Source: Tubulanus polymorphus (Eukaryota > Animalia > Nemertea). Taken from it: a stretch of DNA of 64,000 nucleotides. Numbering within the stretch: the first letter of the stretch is position 1; the number at the start of each line of letters is the position of its first letter. The stretch lies in NCBI RefSeq assembly GCF_964204645.1, contig NC_134029.1, forward strand, positions 2,542,001 through 2,606,000, written 5' to 3'. The notes beneath the pieces were generated by a model that was given only the letters and a program-made list of their open reading frames with translations, ran no database searches and was not told where the DNA came from. Made by a program: the position numbers and the translations under genes. This document shows positions 26,701-41,700 of the stretch, piece after piece.

Positions 26701-29700
26701 CAGTAGCTAATAGCTAATGAATTGATTTACCAAAAAATTGCTATTGACATATCTGGGCCCGGAATAGGTATCAAAGTTAACCTTTAGGGTTAAGTCCTTA
26801 ACCTAGTAGCACAGTAACAATATAAAAACCATGGACATAATTTTTCCTCCTCGCAAGAAAATTCCTGTGTGAACGAAGCAAAGTAAAAATGGTTTTGAAT
26901 TTGTAGGATTTTTGTGGTTTGTAGTAGTTTTAACACATGGAATCAAACAGTTATGCATTTTATTTTTTCCAGTAAGAATTTCCATTCATTCCTAATGTAA
27001 GACAGATGTCTCCACTTCAGACTTAAAAAGTGAATCAGACTCTTAGCAAACAGTAGATCCTTTCAATGTGGCTGGACATTTTTAACTTACCTACATGACT
27101 CGATATAGAATGTACTCAGTCAAACTCTCTTATATCGATTGGTGGTTTCATTTTTTGTAATAGTGTTTTTGACATTTTCCCAGGTGAATAACGAAAAGAA
27201 TAACTTTTTACGGTTAACCTCGCCTTGCTGGGGGGAGGGGTGCATTGGGTTTGAACGTTAATCTAAAACTCAAGTTTTTCAGTTCAATTCGTGTTTCACG
27301 CCCTACAAATCCTTTAATCGCATTATACTCAGAAAATAATGTATCAAATCAATAATTAATCATTTCAGATAACGTTGAATGATGGCGGAACTCCGGAGTT
27401 AACGTCGACGACTCGTGTCGTTGTGCAGGTCGGTGATATCAACGATCATGCACCAAAATTCAACGAGCCGATGTACCGAGTACGAATACCAGCTGCGAGT
27501 CGCGACGAATTAAACGAGCCGTTCTTCCGCGCGATCGCGTGCGACGCCGACATCGGACCAAACGGAGACATCACGTACAGTTTGAAAGGGGGCAAAAAAC
27601 GATTCAGTATCGACCCGAAAACGGGCGAGGTGTCGGCCATTAGAGATTTAGAACAGGGAGAATCATTCGAGATCATCGTAAGTCGTATAATCAGTGTAGG
27701 GTGGCGCCACTGACGCGGGAAACCAGGTGGCGCCATTGACACGGATAATCGGGTATTTGTATGTTATTCATAGATTTCTCGATGTTTTCAGGTAAAAGCT
27801 AATGATAACGGTCGCCCTCAGAAGAAATCCACCGTGCGTCTGCTCATTAACGTTCTACAACGAGTTAAAACATCGCTATCGCCCCCTATATTCGAACTAC
27901 ACGAAAGGGAAGTGACCGTTCTCGAAAACGACCCGATCGGTCACATGGTCGTTTTAGTGATCGCTTCTGATCCGGATCACGATAAACTCTGGTACAAAAT
28001 CACAGGTAAAATTGTTGGTTTGGGGATCAGGGGTACCCGATTGCCAGTTCAATTTAACCATTAGCACCATAGTCTGTCACTAGTTAAAGAGTGAGAAAGC
28101 AGCAAGGTAGAAGAGAACCTCCCTGGTTTAAGTAAAGCCCAAAGCACAAAGCAGGGAAACAATGTTTGTGTATTTCCCTGTGTCGTGTGCATGGGGCTTA
28201 GGGGCTCAAAAGTTGGTTGAAGTTAACATGTCGGATAACTGCCACGGTGACAATTGAACTTTCTGACTTAAGTAACTCTCGGGATTCCACATATTATACG
28301 TGGTTTCTTCCAAATTTGCCGCAGTAGCAGCATCTGTAGGTGGACCTCAATCCACAGTTATAGGTATAATTTGACTCCCAATCAAACTTTATCCTAGATA
28401 CAGTTAACGCGTGGATAGGACTTGACCTGTCTATCGGAACTGTACTGAATTACGTCTACTATTTGATAATACCGGTTATTAATGAAAAATTCTTCACTAC
28501 AATTCATTAATATGTTGTTAATAGCGCGCGATTCGGATCGCAGTTAATTTGATTCGCGGAAATTGAAGCCCTCGTTGATAGTAATTGCGCGGTTTGCGAT
28601 GTGAGCAATAAAATCATCAGAATCATATCGTTCTTACTCACTTTCTCGTCCAGTCATTCAAACCCACATCACAACTCGATTCACTCGTTCGCGATCTTTA
28701 CGAATACCAGACCTGTTTTCCGGGTTCAACGACAAGTGAAAAAAAAAACTGTTAATTAAGTTACTGCATTAATTAATGAAGGTTTCGTTTCTCTGAAGTG
28801 TGTTATTACTGGAGATCGTGTGCATATTTCAGATCATGTATTTGTAACCGTCTTCGTACTGAAAACTTAATCGTCTGGGTGATTAATAACACGGTTACCA
28901 GCGGGGATATACGTCCAGGGATACCGCTCGTTCCAGGGATATCTGCTGATATCCGGACTAGGACTACGGATTAATCTCGTTACCTTCTATAGAATGAGAT
29001 AGAGAGAAGACAGGGATATTTGGTTCTACTGTCATCAGCGTTACATCCCCATATATAGAATCAATTATTTAACGAGTTTACTTTGTAAACATGCGACCCT
29101 GTGAAATGTGATAATCTATTTATTATCTATTATTTACAGCCCAATTATTGAATAGTTTACAAGGGGGGGATACAGACCTGGGAATGAATGGACCTGTCAC
29201 TGAAACTAATGATTACTGCTCGAAATAATGAAAATGATGAATATGTATCCACTCTATCATAAAATGTAGATGATCCAGAATCCGGTTCGACGGTTCTTGG
29301 ATATGGCAGTCTATAGTTTGAATTAGTTCATTTCCAATGTTTTTACCTAAAGAGTCTAGTCCATTGTTTTATTGCTGATTCAAATCTAGAGAAATTATGA
29401 AACTTAACAGTTTTGTTTTAATCGAACTATTCCCCAGTCATTTCTGGTGTGCGTTGGGTTTTACAATACGTACATTTTTCATCTTAGATTATCATTCTCT
29501 GATTATCTTTCTGTTTTCTCTTTATAGTAGGAAATGAAGAAAAGAAGTTCAGTATAAACCCAGAAAGTGGTAATGTGATAGTAGCAGAAAGATTAGACTG
29601 GGAAACTACAAATAGTTATAATCTAACTATTAGTGTTACAGATGGCGTATTCACTGTGTTCACCTGGGTAAGTTTTAATCACTAAATTTAACCCCCCTCC

Positions 29701-32700
29701 CCCCCCCCCGTCCCCGCGCGTCTTTAACAAATACTCGTTCTGTTTGTCAACAAAGCAATTTTTTACGATAAGACACTTGCCAAACCTACCCTCTTGAAAT
29801 GAGTCACTCAAAACCTGCCGACTTCTGTTATAGATTTTGGCAAAATAACAATACAACAAAGATACAATAGTACATCCATCGATTTCATAGCTGGAAATAG
29901 CATGTAAGGTTTAGATCACGTTTCACCCTACCTCCCACTGGCTACAACACTGGTGGGAACGTTACAATATGTCATTTTCACACTCAAATTGTCACTTTTA
30001 CTTTTAAAAATGGCCGATTCACTAGTTGCTAACAGAGGATGATTATATGTTTGAGATAGTCAGTATTGAGAATGGTATCTAACTGTCTAATCTGAAAATT
30101 ACAGGGAGTTGGAACTATTAATGAATAGAAATATGCCAAATTTCTGCGGAAATGAACACCCTTTGTTCTATCTTTGTATCTATCTTCGATCAGAAATACA
30201 TCTTAATTGCTCCATCTGTATTTCTGATTATTCAATCCCTAGAACGAATGAATTTCTCCAAGAATGTGTAAAATGCTCATAGCTCACTGGTTAATGTAAA
30301 TATTTATGGCTCAGTTTGTCTACGACATTGTTATGTAACATCGACCTAAATTATGGAATGTGTCCATGTAAAATTGATTGTCTTTGTGCGATTAAGGATT
30401 CATATGAAATGAGACAGCTGTAAAAGTGTTAATGACTGACCCATGCAAACATATAGCCCATATGAATCCATACATGTAATAAGTGACAATTTACAGTGAA
30501 TCTTAGTTTCTTCAGATCCAGTTGTTGACTTAAAATTTAAAATTAGTTCATTTTCATTCTCTTCTGACTCCAGCAGGGCCCTGTATCATGAACAAATTTA
30601 ACTCAAAGTTTTTTGGGTTAATTGTTGTGGGTACTTCATGTTTTCAATGAGGACTACATTTTAAGTTAAAACTTTTTCATTGTAACTGGACCAATTTCTT
30701 CAGAATCTTTATCTAAAACATTTCTTAGAATGTTCCGATAGTGTCGATGTCTTCATCCTACAAAACTTTTTCTTTCATGACATGAAAATCTATTTTTGAT
30801 CGAATCTTCAGATACTTCGATACAGAGGAGGGATAAAATGCTATCATTTTTGTTGGCGTTGATGTTGTTATCGATTTGATAAGTTTATGAGTAAGGTCGA
30901 AACAATTCAGTCAAGTGAATAAAACGCGGCATTCGTTCGTCGTAAGCTCTGCCGTACCGCGTTCTGCTCCGTGTATTAAAAATTCATTGCAATTTGTGTG
31001 AGAATTGTACATACACACAGCGCTGCTACTGCCCTTGTTTTGAATGATGACATTCGTTCAAATCATTAAATGCTAGATGAAAAATCAATGCTCGTTCTCC
31101 AATTACAAAAGTGTTTATGATACGGTACACTTTAAAGAATGCATCAATTTAGTATCTCTTCTGATGTGATCAGTTCTGGGGTAAATATTTTACTATTCAA
31201 AATGATCAGTAACAGCATTGAGAGTTTATCTAACGGGTTCATGTTGAGATGATTTAACCCGGGTCTTATAGGTCCGGACCAGACCTGAGTCCGTGCGAAC
31301 CATTGTGACCCAGTTCAATAAGAGTTCACCAGTCAGCTGCCGGAGGGGATCCTGTCTATTTCCACTGATTATACAGTTCCACTTCATTCTAGGGTTTAGA
31401 ACATTGAAGATATGAACTGGATCCAGACTAATACTATAAGATCATCTTCTTTCCCTTTTTTTGTAAAACTGATTAATTTCAAGGACTCTTCATCGTGCTG
31501 TTTTCCCTACGGTCTGTGAAATATTCATATTTCAATTTCTTTTTTTTTGTTTTCTATATTCAGTATTAGCTGAAGGCTGCTGAAATCTGTCGTTCTGCGT
31601 CAGTAAATAATAATTGATACGTCAGAAATACAACCTTTAGAGCTGTTTCTATAATTCTCATCTGACAGTTCGGTATTTTTCCGACAAACATATTTCTGAT
31701 GGTAATTTCAAAGGTGAAAGATATAAGCGATATTATCGGCGCCGGTTTCGAGTGTCACATTTGACATTACAGATCCAGTAATCGACACCTCTAATCTCGG
31801 ACTGCCTTCCTTACAGGTGCTCGTACATCAATATAGAATCTGAAAGATAAGATGATATTTTCAATGAAGAATTTCTTTCGCAGTTTTTACTGCTGATCAC
31901 TGTGTTTACTTCATTAATGGATATGAATTTTACGTCCCTGGATCGCGTCATCGGAACATCAAATAAAATCCATTTCTTTCCGAAGAGCGTCAGAGAAACA
32001 TTACCCCGAATGCCTCGTCGGCAATACAGAGCCTCGATACAGAGCAAGCGACTTTTATCTGAAACTAGATATAATTGTGACAATGGACGAAGCTGCTTCT
32101 AAACATGTAGTATAGATGTCAATGTCAAACACCGCTAGGAGTGGTAGTGATAACTCTTCAGTCGATCTGTTTCATGTTCGTGTAAATAAATGTATGATGA
32201 ATTTTGCGGTCATTTAGAGTGTAGGAAGAGAGGGGGTCCTCTTATTCGACAGGCCCCTCTTTTTGAACGACGCTAATATTGGTTAGGTGGAACTGTAAAT
32301 TGTGAGCAAAGGAGTTCTCGAAGAAAATTTTGAAAATTGCAAACCCTTGAGATACATTTCCCAGCAAATTGAAGAGAATTTTTCATACGTTAAAAGTAAA
32401 AACCATCAGTAATCAGACAATCAGTGATCGAAACATGTAGTTCAAAACATTTTGTACCAAAGGCATCCCTTCTGGGTACGGGCCTGTTCAAAATGGATGG
32501 AAAATGCTTATTGCTTTGTAACTTCAATCGGATGTATTTAATGAGGCAGTGATTGCTGCAAGGTTCCAGATGTTTCTATCGGTAACAACTGACAAATTCG
32601 CTACTAATAAATATGTTACTGGTGTAGATCATATTGAGTCATAACTGAATGAAAGTGAATGTGTATTTAATTAGGTGATTTCATCGGAACAGACATCAGT

Positions 32701-35700
32701 GAAAATGAGGAATTATAGAAACTGACTCTGAGAACTATATCCAATAATGATTTGAATCGGGATAGAAATGAATACTGCCTTCTTTTACAGTAATCAACCA
32801 AATACTCCTTCAATCTAACTCTAAAACAGAATACGTCCATGATCTAATTAAAGGACCTGTAACAGAACCTCTCTATTAGTGGTTGACTGGTTTTTCTTTT
32901 TGTTTAAACACAGATATGTAGATATATGTATATACATGTACTAGAGCTTGGTTCGCTGAAATAATTCCGATATGTGAACATGAATTTTGTATTAATAGCT
33001 ACTAAAAGCATCATTGAGACACGTACTCAATGTTGTCACTAATAGAATTATTATCTGCTGAAATCAAGGGTTGTGTAGATATAAACTGGGATTTATAAAT
33101 GCTGTTTAATGGATCATGTAAAAAATCTTTTGTTACTGCAGATATAAAACTTTCTACTTAACCTCGTTTTTCTTAATATCCATCATCTACTTTCCCTCTT
33201 TACCTCCCTTCCTCTCGATGTCTCCTCTTGCATCTAAATCCTCAACCCCGCTCTCTCTCTCTTTCTCTCTCTCTCCCCGGGGAATTCTCTACTGACTCGC
33301 TGGTAAATGGTACCCGTTCCTTGAACTGACTTCAAGTATTTGATGTCCATACATTATTCATAAATCGAGGCCAAAAAGTCAACAGTCACTTTTTGATATT
33401 TTGACTCGGATTAGCCGATATAGTGCCTCTAGTTCACACCAGATGGCTGTACTGTTTTGCACACTTGTTGATCTAGTTCGATGATATAAGTAATATTTGT
33501 CTAATCGCAGGTTTCTGTAATTATCGGCGATATCAACGACAATCGACCGGAATTCCTGTTGAAGAATTACACGACGGAGATCGCTGAGAATACGCGAGAT
33601 GGAACGAGGATTCTCGCCGTTACCGCCATCGATAAAGATAAAGATAACAGATTGTTTTATACGATTCACACGGCGACGAATCTCGCGAGTTTATCGTTAT
33701 TCAGTATCGATTCACGAACCGGTATGTTTCATAGCCGGCGTCTCGTCCGGGTCAAACTGATCCGGACAAGACCCGAGCCCGTGCTTAATCACAGGGTGTT
33801 CCACGTGAATCTCTCACTCGTTGCTAAAATGCTATCAGAACGATGCTGTGGCAAGTGAGGTGATTCACTTACAAAACCGTTTAGCATTCACACCTACAAT
33901 TTTACCAGTGTGAACGGTTAGCCCGCGCCCAATTCACGGGTATGTGCGATTGTATTCTATCTGTAGAAATTAGCAACTTCAAGGCTTCAGTCTCATTCCT
34001 AGACAACCGATCGTCCTATCAATGATTCAAAGACTGATTCTTAATTAGTTATTAAAACTGTGATGAATATCCTATAGAACAACATTCCTCGAGTGATTGA
34101 GTCAGTAGTTTAAACTGTGGAATCAAAATTTTGAACTGTTGAAATGTAACTATTTTGATGTATATTTGTTTTATAGGTGTTTTATCGACTAAAGGATTAT
34201 TAGACCACGAGGCGATATCTCGTCATGAGTTGGTTATAATGGTACGGGATCAAGGTGTACCCAGTAAACGTAGTCTACAGCGAGTTATCATCAATGTAAT
34301 CGACCACAACGATCATGCTCCTGAGTTTCTGTCCAGTTCGTTTGAAGGTCAGGTATTTGAGACGGCCGCTCTAGGAACGTCGATTTGTCGCGTGCTCGTC
34401 GCGGATCGAGATAAAGGAGACAACGCTAAAGTTCAACTCAGACTCATCTCAGGTAAAATATCTCTCCATCTCTATTCATATTCATCTCTTCTTAGATTAT
34501 CTTAAATCAGTCGAATCTAAAAGTAAATCCTGTCACAGATTTTGAGTGTCTGGTTTCTGATAATAATGTGTTAAGTATTATTGTCTGGAATATCTAGGAG
34601 AATGGTGGAGTGAGTAGAACTCCTGTTGTAAATTCAAAATAATACCTTCACTTGACTGTGACCCTCCCAGGGCACCCCTCCCCCCAACTGTGTCCGCACT
34701 ATCCCAATCATTACATGCACCATCTTAAAATTATACTATTTGTTAAGTGAATTTGAATGCATTCGATAAAGTCTAAATGTGCTATTATATCATCAGAACA
34801 CTTTTGTGATGCTATTAAAACCATGTGTCGCTCGCTTTAATCGTCAGATTCCTCTATAATCAGATTGTGTATAGTTATGTTCAGCAGCTTGTACTGCCAC
34901 CCAGTGTCAGTATGAGGTAGTATGTACCATCCTGTGTACACAAAATGACAAGATGCACTTCAATATTATGACACACTCATATTCAATATCTTCTGTTGGT
35001 GGAAATAGCTTAAAAACTTATCATCGTAGAGAGAAACTTAGAATTTTACTGTTTGGAGGGTTCTAAAGAGCCTATTTTTACTGAACAATTTCTTATTGCT
35101 TGGTGATACATATTTTCCCAAAGCATTCAATGGATTCCGTCAATATCGGAGAAAGTTTTTAAAGCCATATTTTTAATGTTTACAACATCGTAAAGAATGT
35201 GTTCAGATTAACCCTAATGCTTCGTTATTACCGCCATACTTTGTATAAGATGTTTACGTCAATGTTATCGAAGATATGGTCTATAGATATGTTTAAAATA
35301 GACACGATGATTGAGTGTTTGTGAATTCCTTGCCTCAACTCAAAAAATGATGATGATCGTTGTACAATGTTTATAGACACCTGCACGGTGTTATTAGAGC
35401 GTTCAAATACAGCTCTTCATGTTAGTCATAATAATAAACCCTGAGTTAACTGATGAAACTAAAAAGTAGAAACAAACATTTCCATTCCGATATTTAACAG
35501 CTTTGATTATAGGGATCATTTAAAAACTGATAAGGTGTAATGTCCGAGAGGGTATGTGTAATAATCCCAGTCTTGAAAATTGGGCGATTTCAATAGGGAG
35601 ATAGGGGTCTGACCCCCACACCCAACCCTCATAGTGTGTGTCAAATTTGCAAGTTTAAGCGATCTCTGTTTTGACGTAAAGGGCATCAAACTCAATAGGA

Positions 35701-38700
35701 AGACGGGCCCAGACCCCTTCAAATATCCCCAAGGGCCAGTTGCTAAAATGTTTAAGTTGGCCATCAGATAGATACCATCATAGGAATGAAGTTTTAAATG
35801 TGACTATGTCAACTATGGACCGGTTAACTGAAACCAGCAACCTTTTCAGCAACTGGTCCCCAGATCCGACCCCTTATTCATTTTGATCATGAGTTTCCTT
35901 CACTTTGCAGGGTGTCAAATTTCCAGGTTTTTAATGATTTCCATTTACGAAATTTTAAGCAACTGGGCCCTTTATTCATTTTGAGTATCTCTCTCCGATT
36001 TTGCAGGTAATGTTGGAGGAATGTTCGTGATCGATCAGGATTTAGGAATCATCACATTGGCGAAAACTCTCGATCGGTCCGTGCAGACTCGGTATAACCT
36101 GATCGTGCTGGCGACTGATCACGGGACACCGTCGCTGAGCAGTTCCGTCGACGTTCAAATAAACGTCACCATCTCGGACAACGCTCCGCCGAAATTCGAA
36201 CGTAAAGAATACACGACGGAACTCCTCGAGAATCAGCCGGTCGGTAAATACGTGCTCGTCGTGAAGGCGACCAGTAAATCATCGATCGTTTACGAGATCA
36301 CACACGACGCTGGAACGTGTCGCGATTATTTCAACCTCAATCAGAATTCTGGAATTCTCTCGACAAAAACCGTCATCGATTACGAGCGCACGAAATACTG
36401 TAATATATCGGTGACGGCTACGAATATGGTCGGAGCGACCGCTCGAGTCAATGTCGGAATTCACGTTATTGATGTCAACGATAATAAACCGGAATTCTTA
36501 CGACGTAATTACACGGGAACGGTGATCGAAGGTCGCGAGTCGGCCGGGATACTCGACGAGACGGGGGCGCCGCTGGTCGTACGAGCTCGCGATAACGACA
36601 CCAATCAGAACGCGTTGCTGTCGTATTTCATCGTCGACGCTCGATCGCGTGTTTACTTCACGATCGACGCGAACACCGGCGCGTTGAGACTGAGAACGAG
36701 GCTCGACCGAGAGCGCGTCGCTCGTCACGTGTTCCGCGTGCAGGTACGCGATCACGGGTCGCCGCGGTTACGAGCCGGTGAACCGGCTAATGTCGTAATC
36801 GACGTCCTCGACGTAAACGATTCTCCTCCGAGATTTAGCACCGATCTCTACTCGACTCAGATGATTCTACCGACATATGAAGATGTGGTCGTCGCGACCG
36901 TTTACGCGACGGACGCCGATACCGATCGATACAGTATCATCGGGTATTCCATCATCGACGGTAACCACGACCACGTTTTTGAAATCGATCGCGCGTCTGG
37001 CGTCGTACGGGTGAAGAATCCGGACAGTGTCACCGATCGCGAGATTATAATCGAAGCCACCGATGGTTTACATAAATCGTCAGTCGCTTTGGATGTCGAA
37101 GTTCGTCAGAGTCGCGCGTCCGGTTTGAAATTCACGCGCGATATTTACGAAGGTGTCGTAACGGAGAATAGTTCGGACGTGGCGACCGTCGCCGTCGTTC
37201 AACTAGTCGGCAGTAAACTGAACGAGTATCTCAGATTCAGTATTTTAAACCCGAGCGATCTCTTCACAATCGGTAAAACGTCGGGCGTCGTACAGAAAAC
37301 AAACGCTGTCTTCGATCGCGAGAAGAAAGATAGTTATCGGATTATCGTGGAAGTTTCCGATGATAAACCGTCGGCGAGGATCGCTCACGTCATCGTTAAT
37401 GTAATGGTCACCGATGTTAATGATAACGCCCCTATGTTCGTGAATCAACCTTACTACGCAGTCGTCCACGTGGAATCAAAAGTGGGAGAAGTCATTAAAC
37501 AGGTGAGAGACACAACAGAGTTCTCATACGGTTATCGGTTTAGTTTGATTCAAATTAGTTCAAGTCAAATTTCAAATATGAGAATTTTGGAACTGGGCCC
37601 AGAGGCTCATCAAGACGCCTAGGATTAAAGATCAATCAGACTAAGCTCATCTTGGTTCTATCTAACAACTTAAGACTAGTCTAAGCTATTTTGTTTCTGT
37701 AGCCAATCTTACAGCTTTGATTACTTTTGGTTTTGAGTCAAAACTATGGAATTTGTTTCTGGTTTATGAAAATGTGAAATATTTCACAGAGTTTGTATTC
37801 TTATTTTTAAGGTGACTGCTATAGATGCAGATATAGGACTGAATGCTGAAGTGTTGTATAAGTTAGACCTATCAGCAGCTCGAGCTCTTAAAGATAAAAT
37901 AGCGATCAATGATTTTACCGGAGAACTTCACCTGACAGCTCCACTAGAACAATCTGACGAGAATGCTGAATATACAATCACTGTTATCGCCGAAGATAAA
38001 GGTTTGAATTCTACTGGATCCACTGTGGAACTGGACTCTGAAGTGTAAATTTACTACGTAATCTATCTGAGAAGTGGTTAACTTGTAAAATTTCCCGTCC
38101 ATTATTTCAGGTTTCCCCAGAAGACAATCGAAGGCTACAGTTCCTCTGAGAGTAATCAATAGAGGAACTCCGCTGTTCGATGAACAGTTCTACACAGCAA
38201 CGCTCAGAGAAAACAGCCCTCTTCATTCAGCTATCATACAGATTGAGGCGAAAAGTCCGAACAATAAAAAACTCATTTACTCTATTTCGAAAGGAGACAT
38301 TTACAACGAGTTCAATGTTGATTTTGATACAGGTAGGTTGCTGTCTCATCTGTTTATATGATAATGATTTAAGTAAAACTTCCAATCCCAACTGATAGCT
38401 TATACGCAACAGTCAAATGTATGTATGATGCTTATGTTGGATCTGAACTCAGTTACACAGTCATATGTTCAGATTTTCCTCAACTCAACTCATTACTGTT
38501 GAATTGGTTCCTGTGGTCCTGAGATCAGTGACATTCTAGACATTCTTTTGACTGACGCTATCTCTAATTAGTGCTGTGCTTAACGACTGTTTTAACGAGT
38601 GGGCCAGGTGTATTGGGTTCACATTTTGCTTGCTTCGTAACGAAAACAAATTCTCCATCGTTTCGGATGAGATTTCGAATGATGATGATTAGTTGGTGTT

Positions 38701-41700
38701 AGAAGAGCACAGCATGAGTTTGACCCTGTTTTGTTTTGTGTGCGTGCAGCTTCTTAGAGATAGATTTTACAATTTGCCTGAAATGAACGAGTCTTGTTTA
38801 GTACATCGTAGATTAATTCTAAGGAACAAATGATACTATTTCATCGTATAAATCAAACCCATTAAAAGCATGTTTAAGTAAAGCACGATCCTAAAATCAA
38901 ATTCTACATATGTAGAGTAATAACTGGAAGATTTACCGATTCTATGAATGTCTCTGTTGTTGTATGTTTTAAACTAATGAAATGAACATTGTTTATGTTT
39001 TCACTTGTCACAGATATGACTAAATTTGGCCCCTGTGAGTATACCATGTCATCATGGTTCAATTCATCATCGCAATCAATTTCATCATCGTTTATTTCTA
39101 ATCGTTCACAGCATTTTGTTTTTATGCTTCTCTTTCCTACAACGTATTTGATTATCTTCGTCATGTTTTTGATTGGCACCGGACTCGGCTATTATTACTT
39201 GCTACTTAAGCATTTCAGGGCTGGTTCCAGAGTCTTTACTTCAAAGATCATTCATTTAGATCTCATGTTAACTGTGGAACTGGTCTCTGATTGACTTGTA
39301 AATATCTGAATACTGGAACTTGTAAATTGGTTCATTTTAAAGAGTCATGTTCTAGGTACTGGTCGCATGAGGTTAAAGATCTACCTGAACGTGTTAGATT
39401 CTATATTTATTGAAATGCCATTGGCATCATTTGAAGGAAATTGATTTATATGAATTTCAGCATGTTTTATGTATTCATCATCTTCAATAATATTCTTCAA
39501 ACAATAAATACTCTGGTTTGAAACACGTAAAACTAGTCTGTGCTTCAACTCTGTACCTCATAATACCAGATATAAAACTATGATATAATTTACTAAAGAG
39601 TTCTGTTTACAAGCGCTTGTTTGATGATCTACGCTTCCAGGCACATACATCATCTAACAACCACGCTGTCAACATTCATCATATTACGCTTTCTAACCCT
39701 CCTCATTGGATTTAAGGGATGCAATCAGCACTTAAATCATTAATTTTCTTTAATTTCTCATGTCATTTTCGATTTATTTCTTTATTAAAAATGTGATTAA
39801 GTACCTAATTTGGTAAATTTGTCGTAAGTTCAAACTTGTATTTTATAAATTTTTCATCATTCATTCATCTACATGTCATGTTGTTCACTTTCAGTTGAAA
39901 TGTTTATTTTTTTCTTCAATTTTCTTGTGGTTTTTTGCTTTAAATCTCTCTCGATGAATCAAAATTAACCCTTTCCAGTCTCAACAATTTACTTGGATGC
40001 TTCTGATTTGATTTTAGTTTGACCGAAATTATGTGGCTATGAGATAGATTCCGATCTCCTGATTGCTGTTCAGCTGGAAAGGGTTAAACCTGTCAATCAT
40101 CCATATTTTACATTAACGATTATTTCACTATGTTTAGGTGCCTTAACTGTCGCCGATAGATTGGATTATGAGTTGAAGAATTCATATGAACTGATGCTTC
40201 GAGCCACTGATACGTTGACCGGTGCCTACGCAGAGGTGCCTGTTCTAGTTAAACTTGAGGTAAGAAAACAATACAATATCATCTGTGTATCATTAGCTTC
40301 ATTCTCCAAGTAACCAGTAGGATACATCCTCCCCCAGCTGGGATTCGAACCTGATGGCTATACAAACTATAAATGACTCATCAATGAATATAATGTTTGT
40401 TGCAGGATGTAAATGATAATATCCCGTCGTTCCTGAGTCAGCACTATTCGACTACTGTATCTGAAGCGGTTGCGATTGGTACGTCGATACTGACGGTATC
40501 GGCGCAAGATCACGATTCCGGACAGAACGCCGTTATTCACTATAAACTAAGGGAATCACTGGTAACGAATCACCATGAGTATTTCACGATCGACGCTCGT
40601 ACGGGCGTCATACGCACGAAACTGCTCCTCGATCGCGAAGAATTCGATCAGATGAGATTTGAAGTGGAAGCCGCCGATCGCAGTTTATCGTCGACGGTGC
40701 ACGTGAATGTCATTATCACCGATCTGAACGATAACGCGCCGCAGTTTGATAACCCGTCGTATGAGTGCGCGATCAGCGACGACGCCAAACGAGGACAGTT
40801 CGTTACGATGGTTACCGCGTCTGACGCCGATTCCAACGATAACGGGAATCTAAGATTCTCTATCGTCGACGGCAACGAACAGCAGACGTTTTTCATCGAT
40901 GAGAAGCTCGGTATCGTTTCTCTCTCTCAGTTACGAATCCCGGATTTAGACGCCGCGTATTTACTGAATGTTTCCGTCACGGATGGAGTTTTTACTAATT
41001 TCGCTACGATTCGTATCATGGTTCAATCGTCCAATCACTACGCGCCCGTATTCACCGAGACTGTTTATAAAATGGCTGTAAACGAAAGTCTAGCGGAAGG
41101 TAGTCGGATTATGACGGTATCGGCGGTGGATCGCGATACCGGTAGATACGGTATCGTCGCTTATAGTATCGTTAGTGATGAGTTAAAACAGTTCTTCAGA
41201 ATAGATTCACGTTCAGGTACGTGTGTCATGCTGTTCTCAGCAACTGAAAAGTTCGCGACAAAAGTCGTCGTTGTCAAAATTCAAGTACAGCCGATGCAAA
41301 AACTATGTTCAGAATATTGGTAGAAAAATTGCTAGTAATTTGAATTACAGCTGATTGAAGTTGATGATTTTTTGTTCCAGGTATTATTTATTTACACAAG
41401 AGATTAGATTATGAGGTGAAGACGTCGTTTGATATTCCGATTATGGCGATTGATGTTGGAGGCAGATCTGGTTTTACGACTTTGATGCTGAAAGTTCTCG
41501 ATGTAAATGATAATTCTCCGAAATTCCTGTTATCTCAATATAGAGCTAATGTACGCGGTACCGCACACCCGGATACAATGGTTGCACACGTAAGTCTATT
41601 TACCCTTGTTATCCAGTCGTGATTTTTGTGTTTGAATTATTCGAATACTGTATGTATTTCAGATAAGAGCTACTGATGCTGATAGTGGCGATAACGCCGT

